Source: an uncultured Candidatus Rokubacteria bacterium (GTDB taxonomy: Bacteria > Methylomirabilota > Methylomirabilia > Rokubacteriales > CSP1-6). Taken from it: a DNA stretch of 64,000 nucleotides. The notes under the pieces were generated by a model. It made no database searches. It was not told the origin of the DNA and saw only the letters and a list, made by a program, of their open reading frames with translations. Below are positions 40,915 through 50,682 of this stretch, one piece after another. The position numbers were made by a program, and so were the translations under genes. Positions within the stretch are counted from its first letter, which is position 1; every line of letters starts with the position of its first letter. The stretch covers positions 864,001 through 928,000 of the forward strand of contig CAVWWD010000008.1 in the NCBI GenBank assembly GCA_963758635.1, in the 5' to 3' direction.

Positions 40915-43900
40915 TCAGCCGCGCCGCGCATCCGGAGCCAGGTATCGAAGCGTGCGAGGCGCGCGACGCGCGGCGGGGGTGCCGCGCCGGCGGCGAAGGC
41001 GCCAGGGGCGGCCGCGACGGAGCGCAGGGCCGCGGGCCGGCGCGCCGCGCGAAGCTCGGGACGCGGCCCAGCGCGCGGGCCACGTCCTCGAAGATCGAGT
41101 AGGCCACCGGCGTCACCAGGAGCGTCAGCAGGAGCGAGAGCGTCTGGCCGCCGATGACGACCACGGCGATCGCGCGGCGCTCCTCCGCGCCCGGTCCCGT
41201 GCCGAGCCAGAGCGGCAGCATGCCCGCGACGAGGGCGAGCGTGGTCATCAGGATGGGTCGGAGCCGGTTCCGGTTGCCCTCCATGATCGCCTCGTGCCGG
41301 GGCAGGCCCTCCGCGCGCAGGTTGTTCATGTGGTCGATCTGCAGGATCGCGTTCTTCTTCACCACGCCGAAGAGGACGAGGATGCCGAGGGCGGAATAGA
41401 GGTTCAGCGTGTTGCCGGTGTACCAGAGGGAGAGGAGCGCGAAGGGGACCGACAGCGGCAGCGAGAGCAGGATCGTGAACGGGTGGATCAGGCTCTCGAA
41501 CTGCGCGGCGAGGATCATGTACATGAAGATCACGGACAGCAGGAAGACCCAGAGGAACTCCGTGAAGGTTCGCTCGAGCTCGCGCGCCCGCCCCGAGATC
41601 GCCGTGCTGTAGCCCGGCGGCAGGCCCATCTTCGCCACCTCGCCGCGGAGGGCGGCGATCCGGTCGGCCTGGCCGTGACCGGGCAGCACGCTCGCCCGGA
41701 GCCGCACCTCGCGCTGGCGGTCGGAGCGGTCGATACGCGAGGCGGTGAAGCCGGGGGCGATGGTCACGACGTTGTCGAGCCGGACGAGGCTGCTCGGGCC
41801 GGGGGGCGCGTCCTGACGCGACACCAGGAGCCGCGAGATGGTGCCGCGATCGGCGCGATCCTTCTCGCTGAGCCGGAGCTGCACGTAGTAGTCCTCGTCG
41901 ATCGTCGGGTCGCGGAAGCGGGAGACCTCGGTGTCACCGCCCACCATGAGCCGGAGCGCGGCGGCGATCTGCTCGGTGTCGACCTTGAGGTCGGCGGCGC
42001 GCTCGCGGTCGATGCGCACGCGCAGCTCGGGCCGGTCGAGCCGGAGCGTCGTGTCCGGGTCAGCGATGCCGCCCAGCGCGATCGCGCGCAGCCGCAGGTC
42101 CTCGGCGAGGCGGGACAGCTCGCGCAGGTCGGGGCCGCGCAGGACGAAGTCGATGTCGAAGCTGCCGCCGCCGATGTTGAACCCCGGGATGTTGCGCACG
42201 AGGATGCGGAAGTCTCGGATACTTGCGGAGCCGCTGCCGCACCTCGGCCATCACGTCCCGCTGGCTGTAGTTGCCCCGGAAGGCCGCGCCGGGATCCCCG
42301 CGCAGGGTCTCACGCCAGAGCCGCGCCAGCCCGAAGGTGCGCTCCTCGTGGGGGGCGATGCGGACGTACATGTTCCCCTGGCTGACGCGGCCGAGGAAGC
42401 CGCCGCCGCCCGTGACGAGCACGCTGCGCACGCCGGGGACCTTGCCGAACGTCGGCGGACAGGGCCCGCACGAACTCGTCCATGGCGGGCAGCGAGATGC
42501 CCTCGGGGCCGTTGATCGTGGCCTCGAACTCGCTCTCGTCCACGTCGGAGGGCGTGTACTCCTGCTTGACCCAGCCGTAGATCGGCCACGTCGCGGCGAT
42601 GACGGCGATGGACAGCGCGACGATGCCCCAGCGGTAGCGGAGCGACACGCGCAGGCTCGCCGCGTAGCCGCGGTCGAGCCAGGCGTAGAAGCCGCGGCGG
42701 GACGCCGCCGTGTCGTGGCCGGCCTCGCCCGGGTCGCGCACGCGGATCATGCGTGCGCTCATCATCGGCGTGAGCGTGAAGGACACGAGCAGGCTGACCA
42801 TGACCGACACCGCCGCCGTCATGCCGAACTGGTAGAGGAACCGTCCCGACACGCTCGACATGAACGACACGGGCAGGAAGATGACCACGAGGCTGAACGT
42901 GGTCGCCATCACGGCGAGGCCGATGTCCGCGGTGGCGGCGCGCGCCGCCTCCATCCGCGTCATCTTCTTCTCCTCGACGAAGCGGAAGATGTTCTCGAGG
43001 ACGACGATGGCGTCGTCGATGACGATGCCGACCATGAGCACCAGCGCGAGCATCGTCACGCTGTTGAGGGTGAAGCCGAGCGCCCACATCATGCCGAACG
43101 CGGAGATCACCGAGCAGGGGATGGCGACGCCGGCGATGATGGTGGACTGCCAGTTCCGCATGAACAGCAGCACGACGAGGGAGGCGAGGATCGACCCGAG
43201 GATCAGGTGGACCTCGATCTCGTGCAGCGCGGCGTAGATGTAGCGCGACTGGTCGCGGATGACCTGGAGGCGCACGTCGGCCGGCATCTGGGCGCCGAGC
43301 CGCGTGAGGCTCTGCCTTGGCCGCCTCGATCACGGCGACCGTGTTCTCCCCGGACTGCCGCCGCACCTCGAGGATGACGGAGGGCACGCCGTTGAGCCGC
43401 GCCACCGAGCGCTGCTCGGCGGTGCCGTCCTCGGCGCGGCCCACGTCGCGGACGCGGATGGGGGCGCCGTTGACGGTGGCGATCACGAGGTCGTCGAACG
43501 CGCGCGGGTCGGCGATGCGGCCCATGGTGCGGAGCGACGACTCGCGGGAGCCCGCGGTGACGTTGCCGCCGGGCATGTCCGCGTTCTGTCGGACGAGCGC
43601 CTCGCGCACGGTCACGATCGGGATCTGGTAGGCGGCGAGCCGGTCGGCGTCGACCCAGACGTTGATCGCGCGGTTGAGGCCGCCGATGAGGCGGACCTCG
43701 CCCACGCCGGAGGAGCGCTCGAGCCCGACCTTCACGATCTTGTCCGCCAGCTCGGTCAGCTCGCGCAACGGCCGCTCGCCGGCCACCGCCACCGTGAGCA
43801 CGGGCGACTGGTCGTTGTCCGTCTTCGCGATGATCGGGACCTTGGCGTCGCGCGGGAGGTTGCGGATGGCCAGGGCCACCTTCTCGCGCACGTCTTGCGC

Positions 43901-44215
43901 GGCCACGTCGATGTTGCGGCGCAGCTCGAACTCCACGATGACGATGGACTGGCTGGGTCCGGAGATCGACCGGAGCTCCCGGATGCCCTGCACGGTGTTG
44001 ACGAACTGCTCGATCTCGCGCGAGACCTGGGTCTCGACCTCCTCGGCCGAGGCCCCGGGCAGCTCGGTGCGGATGACCACGGTCGGAACGTCGACGGCGG
44101 GGAAGCGGTCGACGCCGAGGCGGGCCCACGAGGCCGCGCCGACCACGACCAGCGAGAGCACGAGCATGGCCGCGAAGACGGGACGCTTGATGCAGACCTC
44201 GGCGAGCTTCTGCAC
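40915..44215 (-). CDS. RND efflux permease (AcrB/AcrD/AcrF family)
   Basis: CIKRPVFA, LGVDRFPAVD, VIDDAIVVLENI, GVVKKNAILQID, RLRPILMTT. Several frameshifts; 3' end approximate. Confidence 0.9.
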
Positions 44216-44253
44216 GGCTTAGCTCGAGGCTCCCGCGTTCCGGGCGCGGGGCC

Positions 44254-45471
44254 TCATGGCTCGACGGTCACCGGCTGCCCGGCGGTGAGCGTGCCGGGAC
44301 GGGCCACCACGCGGGTGCCCGGCTTCACCCCGGACACGATCTCCACCCGGTCCCCCTGCCGGCGACCGGTCTGCACGCGCACCTCGACCGCCTTGCCCTT
44401 GTCGACGGTGAGCACCTTCTCGACGCCGGCGAAGGTGACCACGGCATCCGCGGGGATCGTGGTGACGCGCACGTCGCCGGCCACGACGATGTCGGCCTTG
44501 GCGAACGCCCCGGGTCGGAGCGCCGCCTTCTCGTTGGGCACCTCGGCCTCGACGAGGAGCGTGCGGTTCTGCTCGGAGATGGCGGGCGCGAGGCGGACGA
44601 CGCGGGCGCGATGCTCGCCCGGCGCGCCGTCCACGATGACGATGACGCCCTGGCCGATGCGCACGCCCGAGGCGTCGCGCTCGGGAACGGAGAGGCGGAG
44701 CCGTAGCGGGTGGAGCTTGACGATGGTGGCGACGGGGGCGCCGGCGGCGAGGTACTCGCCCACCGACGCGCGCCGCTCGCTCACCGCGCCGTCGATGGGA
44801 GCGGCGACGACGGTGTCGGCCAGGCGCTGGCGCGCCAGGTCGACCTCGGAGCGCCGCTGCAGGAGCACGCCCTGCCGGATGCGCACCTCCTCCACCGCGT
44901 CCTGGTAGCGGCCCTCCGCCACCTCGAGCGCGGCCACCGCCGTGTCCACCTGGGCCCGGGCGATCAGCTCCTGCTTCCAGAGCCGCTCGGCCCGATCGCG
45001 CGTGAGCCGGGCCTCCTCGAGGACGGCGCGCGCCTGACGCGCCACCGCGGTGTTCTCGGGCTGGATGCGGTCGTCGGTGCCCTCCGGAGGGAGCCCGAGC
45101 CGGGACCGGGCCTGCTGGAGCGCCGCCACCGCCTGATCCACGACGAGCTGCGCGTCGGTGGGATCGAGGCGCGCCACGACCTGCCCGCGCTTGACGATCG
45201 TGCCGAGGTCCACGTGGAGCTCGCCGACCCGGCCCGCGACCTTCGTGCCCAGGACGACTTGCTCGTCGGCGGCCAGGGTGCCGGTGGCGTTGACGCGACG
45301 GTCGGTGACCGACTCCTCCGCGCTCACGAGCTTGACGGCGCGCGGCTTGGCCTCGCGCGCCGCGCTGGGCGGTGGCGCCGCGGTACCCGTTCCGTCGCAG
45401 GCGCCCAGGCCGAGGGCGGCGGCCAGGCCGAGCCCGACGGACAGCCGAGCGCGCCGGAGGGGGCGAGGCAT
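44254..45471 (-). CDS. RND efflux periplasmic adaptor (MFP), lipoprotein-like
   Basis: LGAC lipobox-like, TGTLAADEQV, VAAPIDGAV, LRPGAFA. Confidence 0.9.
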   Translation of the reverse strand: MPRPLRRARLSVGLGLAAALGLGACDGTGTAAPPPSAAREAKPRAVKLVSAEESVTDRRVNATGTLAADEQVVLGTKVAGRVGELHVDLGTIVKRGQVVARLDPTDAQLVVDQAVAALQQARSRLGLPPEGTDDRIQPENTAVARQARAVLEEARLTRDRAERLWKQELIARAQVDTAVAALEVAEGRYQDAVEEVRIRQGVLLQRRSEVDLARQRLADTVVAAPIDGAVSERRASVGEYLAAGAPVATIVKLHPLRLRLSVPERDASGVRIGQGVIVIVDGAPGEHRARVVRLAPAISEQNRTLLVEAEVPNEKAALRPGAFAKADIVVAGDVRVTTIPADAVVTFAGVEKVLTVDKGKAVEVRVQTGRRQGDRVEIVSGVKPGTRVVARPGTLTAGQPVTVEP

Positions 45472-45500
45472 GGGGCCATCGTACACCGCCGGTCTGCGCA

Positions 45501-46391
45501 TCAGAGGTGCGGGAGGACGGCGGCGGCGAAGAGCCACGTCCCCTCGGGGCGGGGGGAGTCGGCGAAGTGGACGGTGAGGCGGTGCGCGCCCTGCGCGATC
45601 GCGTCGCGGAGCGCCTCGGTGACCTGGGCGGGCGTGCCCACGAGCCGGCCCGCCTCCATGGGGCGGACGTGCGGCGCCGCCTTCGAGGCGCTCGAGCTCG
45701 CGCTCGCTGTCTCGGCGATCAGGATGCCCACGCGCAGGACCTGCCGGATCCGATCGTAGTCGCGGCCGGCGTCCTTGCAGTGCTGCTTGAGCACCTCCTG
45801 CTTGTGCGCGTACAGCGCCCGGTCGCGGTAACCGTAGTTCCACCAGTCCGCGTGGCGCGCCACCACGCGGAGGAGGTGCTTCTCGCCGTGGCCGCCCACC
45901 ATGACGGGCGGGATCGGGTCCGGCCGCGACTCGCAGTACGCTCCCGCGATCCGGTAGTGCTGGCCCTCGTAGCTCGCGGGGGCGGCCGTCCACATCAGCC
46001 GGATCACCTCGATCGCCTCGGCGAGCTGCGCGATGCGGACGGGCGCGGGCGGGTACGGCCAGCCGTAGGCGCGGTACTCCTCCTCGTTCCAGCCCGCGCC
46101 GATGCCGAGCACGACGCGCCCGCCGGACAGCGCCTGCGACGTCGCGACCATCTTGGCGAGGAGCGCGGGGTTCCGGAAGCTGTTGCAGAGCACCTCGTGG
46201 CCGCAGAGCTTGTCCGGGTAGCGCGCGAGCGCGTGGGCGAGGAGGCTCCATCCCTCGGCGACCTTGTTGCCCCCGTACTGCACGTGATCGGGGAACCAGA
46301 GGGAGTCGAACGGGCTCGCCGTCCGGTCGAGGTAGGGAAAGGTGTCCTCCATGAGACGCGACCAGACGTTGAGGCCGACGGGAACGGGCAT
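45501..46391 (-). CDS. LLM class flavin-dependent oxidoreductase
   Basis: LWFPDH, RNPALLAKM, SGGRVVLGIGAGW, PPVMVGG. Confidence 0.9.
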   Translation of the reverse strand: MPVPVGLNVWSRLMEDTFPYLDRTASPFDSLWFPDHVQYGGNKVAEGWSLLAHALARYPDKLCGHEVLCNSFRNPALLAKMVATSQALSGGRVVLGIGAGWNEEEYRAYGWPYPPAPVRIAQLAEAIEVIRLMWTAAPASYEGQHYRIAGAYCESRPDPIPPVMVGGHGEKHLLRVVARHADWWNYGYRDRALYAHKQEVLKQHCKDAGRDYDRIRQVLRVGILIAETASASSSASKAAPHVRPMEAGRLVGTPAQVTEALRDAIAQGAHRLTVHFADSPRPEGTWLFAAAVLPHL

Positions 46392-46402
46392 CGGGAGCGG
46401 GC

Positions 46403-47374
46403 TCAGAACCAGTTCGACTTGTCGACGACGTTCCGGAGCGGCTGGCCTCCGAGGAAGCGACGGGCGTTGTCGGCGAGGATCTCGAAGCGGCGCTCGTCCA
46501 GGTACGGGCCGCGGCCCGCGGTGTGCGGCGTGATCAGCACCCCGGGCATGGTCCACAGCGGGTGGTCGGCGGGCAGAGGCTCCTGCTCGAACACGTCGAG
46601 GCCAGCGCCGGCGATCTCGCCCGCCTCGAGCGCGGCCACGAGGTCGTCGAGGCGCGTGGTGCGCCCGCGGCCGATGTTGATGAAGAAGCCCGTGCGTTTC
46701 ATGCGGGCGAAGCGGGCCCGGTTCATGAACCCCTCGGTGGCCGGGGTGTGCGGGACGGTGAGGATCACGAAGTCGGCGAGGGGCAGGAGCGCGTCGAGGG
46801 CGTCGGGGCCGTCCAGCTTCATGACGCCGGGCGGCGCCTCGCGGCGGCGCGCGTCCACGCCCATCACGTGCATGCCGAACGCCGCGCAGAGCCGCGCCGC
46901 CTCGCTGCCGATGCCGCCCACGCCCACGATCAGCGCGGTGGACTCCGGCAGGTGCACGACGCCCGCGTCCTCGGCGCGCTCGCGCTTCCACTCGCGGCGG
47001 AGCTGCTGCGGGATGTAGCGGTGGAGGCCGCGGGCGAAGGCGAGGACGAACGCCATGATGTGGGCGCCGATGTGGTCGTTGAAGATCTCGCGGAAGTTCG
47101 TCACCGCGACGGGATGCGCGATCAGGTCCGCGTAGTAGTAGCCGGCGGGCGGCGCGGCCTGCGGCGCCTGGAGCCACCGCAGGCGCGGCGCCCGGCGCAG
47201 GAGATCGGGCGTGAGCGTGCCGAAGGCCGCGTCGGCGGCGGCGATGGCGCTCTCGGCCTCGGCGTCGGTTTCGGCGACGACGACCGACAGCCCGGGCGCG
47301 GCGGCGCCGAGCCGCACGGCCCACTGCCGGGTGACGTCGGTCTGCGGCGGCAGCATCACGAGGGTCGTCGGCAT
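46403..47374 (-). CDS. D-2-hydroxyacid dehydrogenase
   Basis: GVGGIG, FINIGRG, GAGLDVFEQEPL, ITPHTAG. Confidence 0.92.
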   Translation of the reverse strand: MPTTLVMLPPQTDVTRQWAVRLGAAAPGLSVVVAETDAEAESAIAAADAAFGTLTPDLLRRAPRLRWLQAPQAAPPAGYYYADLIAHPVAVTNFREIFNDHIGAHIMAFVLAFARGLHRYIPQQLRREWKRERAEDAGVVHLPESTALIVGVGGIGSEAARLCAAFGMHVMGVDARRREAPPGVMKLDGPDALDALLPLADFVILTVPHTPATEGFMNRARFARMKRTGFFINIGRGRTTRLDDLVAALEAGEIAGAGLDVFEQEPLPADHPLWTMPGVLITPHTAGRGPYLDERRFEILADNARRFLGGQPLRNVVDKSNWF

Positions 47375-47444
47375 GGCGCCGACACTAGCCGATCGGCCCG
47401 GCCGCCGTCAACGCGAGGAGACCCGGGCGTCGGCCGCCTGGATC

Positions 47445-48332
47445 TCAGGCCGCGGGCTTGATCTCCCGGGCGATGCGTTCCATGGCCGCGGTCATGGCCG
47501 GGACACCATCGCGGGGCAGGTCGAAGGTCATCCACTCGGCGCCGAGGCTCTTCACGCGGCGGAGGTCCCCGAGGACCTCGTCGAGGGAGCCCTGGAACGC
47601 CGCGCGGCCCGCGCCGGCGGGCCTGGCGGTGAGCGCGAGGAGATTGCGCGGGGCGAGCCCGGGCGCCGGCGAGCGGCCGAAGCGCCCGGCGAGGTCGCGC
47701 ATGGTGGCGACGCCACGCTCCAGGTCGTCCAGCGTGAGCCCCAGCGGATGCCAGGCGTCGCCCAGCTCGGCCGCGCGGCGGACCGGCGCGTCGGAGAGCG
47801 CGCCGGGCGCGCCGCCGACCCAGATGGGCGGCCCCGGCGTCTGAACGGGCCGCGGCGCGAAGGTCGCTCCGCTGAAATCGAGGTAGCGGCCCTTGTAGGC
47901 GGGGACGTCGGCGGACCACGCCGCCTTGATCGCGCGGATGTAGTCGTCGCTCATTCGCCCGCGCTCGCGAAACGGGAGCCCGAGATCCTTGAACTCGGCC
48001 TCATCCCAGCCCACGCCGACGCCGAAGATGAAGCGCCCGCCCGACACCTGATCGACGGTGGCGGCGGCCTTGGCGGTGACAAGCCCGTTCCGATACGGCA
48101 GCACGATGACGCTGGCGCCCAGGTGGATGCGACTCGTGCGGCCGGCGAGGTAGGCGAGGAGCGAGAACGGGTCCGGCCAGTGCGCCCCGTAGTGCTGGGT
48201 GGTGGCGGGCTTGGCCAGGATGTGATCGGGAACGAACACGCCGTCGATGTCCAGCTCCTCCGCGCGAACCGCGAGCGATTCCGCCTCTTGGCTCGAGAGC
48301 TGCCAGATCGGGAGCACCACGCCAATCTTCAT
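47445..48332 (-). CDS. LLM class (probable F420-dependent) oxidoreductase
   Basis: VFVPDH, DPFSLLAYLAG, DQVSGGRFIFGVGVGW, PPIWVGG, RRAAELGDAW. Confidence 0.88.
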   Translation of the reverse strand: MKIGVVLPIWQLSSQEAESLAVRAEELDIDGVFVPDHILAKPATTQHYGAHWPDPFSLLAYLAGRTSRIHLGASVIVLPYRNGLVTAKAAATVDQVSGGRFIFGVGVGWDEAEFKDLGLPFRERGRMSDDYIRAIKAAWSADVPAYKGRYLDFSGATFAPRPVQTPGPPIWVGGAPGALSDAPVRRAAELGDAWHPLGLTLDDLERGVATMRDLAGRFGRSPAPGLAPRNLLALTARPAGAGRAAFQGSLDEVLGDLRRVKSLGAEWMTFDLPRDGVPAMTAAMERIAREIKPAA

Positions 48333-48385
48333 CGCGTTCCTCCTTCCGTGCGGTGGCGCCCAGTCTAACAGGGCGCGGCGCGCGC

Positions 48386-48415
48386 TTGACTCTCGACCGC
48401 GCGTGCTCCTAGACT
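48386..48415 (+). promoter_or_regulatory. Sigma70-type promoter
   Basis: TTGACT-18 bp-TAGACT upstream of the SBP56 gene. Confidence 0.5.
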
Positions 48416-48488
48416 CCTCGCATCCTTTCCTTCCCGTCGTGGTCCGGAAGATGCCGATAACCGACCCTCCCATGAGGAGCCCACTCAC

Positions 48489-49881
48489 ATGGCGACCCTG
48501 AGGCCCGATCCGACGTTCTACACCTCGCCGCGGCTGGCAATGCAGGCGCCCCCGGAAAAGCACGCGTACGTGGCCGACTTCGACCCAGGGCGCGCGCGCG
48601 CCGATCGGCTCGCGGTCGTCGACGTGGACCCGGCGTCGGCGAGCTACGCGAAGATCGTCGGGCGGGTCGAGGTGCCGGGTGCGGGCGACGAGCTGCACCA
48701 CTTCGGGTGGAACGCCTGCAGCTCCTGCCTGTGCCCCAACGCCCCGCACCCTCACGTCGAGCGCCGCTACCTGATCGCCCCGGGGCTGCGCTCCTCGAAC
48801 ATCCACGTCTTCGACACCCGGCCCGATCCCACCAAGCCGCGGCTCGTGAAGACGATCCCGGCCAAGGAGCTGGCGGCGAAGGCTGGCTACTCGCGGCCGC
48901 ACACCGTGCACTGCGGTCCCGACGGGATCTACCTCACCGCGCTCGCCAACGCCGAGGGCAAGGAGCCGGGCGGCATCTTCGTGCTCGAGCACGACACGTT
49001 CGACGTCCGCGGCGCCTGGGAGGTCCAGCGCGGCCCGCAACGATTCGGCTACGACGCGTGGTGGCACCTCGGGCACGACACGATGGTGTCCAGCGAATGG
49101 GGCACGCCCGACATGTTCGAGGCGGGCCTCGTGCCCGAGCTCCTGCTCGGCGCGAAGTACGGGCGGAAGCTCCACTTCTGGGATCTGCAACGGCGCACCC
49201 ACGTGCAGGAGATCGACTTCGGCCCCGACTACCAGCTCGTCTTCGAGCTGCGCCCCGCCCACGACCCGACGAAGGCCTACGGCTTCGTCAACTGCGTGCT
49301 CGGGCTCAAGGACCTCGGATCCTCGATCTGGATGTGGCATCGCGACGGCCAGAAGTGGGCGGTGACGAAGGTGATCGACATCCCCGCCGAGCCCGCCGAC
49401 CCCGACAAGCTGCCGCCCATGCTCAAGGGCTTCAAGGCGTGTCCGCCGCTCGTCACCGACATCGACCTGTCGGTGGACGACAAGTTCCTCTACGTCTCGT
49501 GCTGGGGCACCGGCGACCTCCAGCAGTACAACGTCTCCGACCCCTTCCGTCCGAAGCTCACCGGGAAGGTGAGGATCGGCGGGCATCGTCGCGCGAGCGC
49601 CGCATCCGGCCGGGGGCCAGGCGCTCAACGGCGGACCACAGATGGTCGAGGTGAGCCGCGACGGGCGCCGCGTGTACTTCACCAACTCGCTGTACGGCGT
49701 GATCGACGACCAGTTCTACCCGGACGGCGTGAAGGGGTGGATGGCCAAGATCGACGCGCGGCCCGAGGGCGGCATGGAGCTGGACCGCCGGTTCTTCATC
49801 GACTGGCCGGAAGGCTACCGGCCGCACCAGGTGCGCCTGCAGGGCGGCGACGCGTCGTCGGACTCCTACTGCTACCCGTGA
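48489..49881 (+). CDS. Selenium-binding protein SBP56 (SELENBP1/methanethiol oxidase family)
   Basis: FYTSPRLAM, GDELHHFGWNACSS, RPHTVHC, SSEWG, VTDIDLS, GGPQMVEVSRDG, GGDASSD. Frameshift near 49580. Confidence 0.92.
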
Positions 49882-49941
49882 TCGGTCGGTGTCGATCCCG
49901 CCGGGCCCGGCCGCCCGCGCGCCCGGCGGGGTAGCGCACCG

Positions 49942-50586
49942 ATGACGGCATGGCTGGTCCTGGTCGGGCTGGGCGCGTTTCACGGCGTCAACCCGGCCAT
50001 GGGCTGGCTGTTCGCGGTGGCCCTCGGGCTCCACCGGGGGAGTCGGGCCGTCGTCCTCCGGTCGCTCGCGCCGATCGCGCTGGGGCATGCCCTCGCCGTC
50101 GGCCTCGTCGTCTTCGCCGTCGTGGCCCTCGGCCACGTGGTGCACCCGAGCGGGCTCGCCGTCGCCGGCGGGGTCGTGCTCATCGGCTGGGCCGTCTATC
50201 ACTACCTCTACGGGGCGAGGCATCGTGTGCGGGTCGGCATGCGCACCGGCATGATGGGCCTGGCGCTGTGGTCGTTCCTCATGGCGAGCGCGCACGGGGC
50301 GGGACTGATGCTGGTGCCGGTGCTGATGCCCTTGGCCCGGCTCGGGCCGGCGCATCACGACCACGGCGCCGTCTCCCTCGCCGGTGGAGCCTCGGTGGCC
50401 ACGGCGCTCGCCGCGGTCGGGGTGCACACGGGCGCCATGCTCGCGGTGACGGGAGCGATCGCGGTGGTCGTCTACGAGTGGGTCGGGGTGGGCTTCCTGC
50501 GCCGCGGCTGGATCAACCTGGACCTCCTGTGGACGGCGGGGCTGGTCGTCGCCGGCGCCGTTCTCATCGCCGGCGCGCTCCGGTGA
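49942..50586 (+). CDS. Membrane protein co-oriented with SBP56
   Basis: GAFHGVNPAMGWLFAVALG, IALGHA, MASAHGAGLML, WINLD; multiple TM helices with His residues. Confidence 0.8.
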   Translation: MTAWLVLVGLGAFHGVNPAMGWLFAVALGLHRGSRAVVLRSLAPIALGHALAVGLVVFAVVALGHVVHPSGLAVAGGVVLIGWAVYHYLYGARHRVRVGMRTGMMGLALWSFLMASAHGAGLMLVPVLMPLARLGPAHHDHGAVSLAGGASVATALAAVGVHTGAMLAVTGAIAVVVYEWVGVGFLRRGWINLDLLWTAGLVVAGAVLIAGALR

Positions 50587-50682
50587 CGCGCAGGGCTCCG
50601 ACGACCGCGCACGACCTCAGCGGCGAGTCACCTCGCAGAATGCGGTAACCGCCACGGGCCTCTACAGTCCCACCGCTCGGCC

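Noticed and set aside
25690..45471. RND loci lacking an outer-membrane channel gene
   Set aside because: Sharing a TolC-like channel encoded elsewhere is common.
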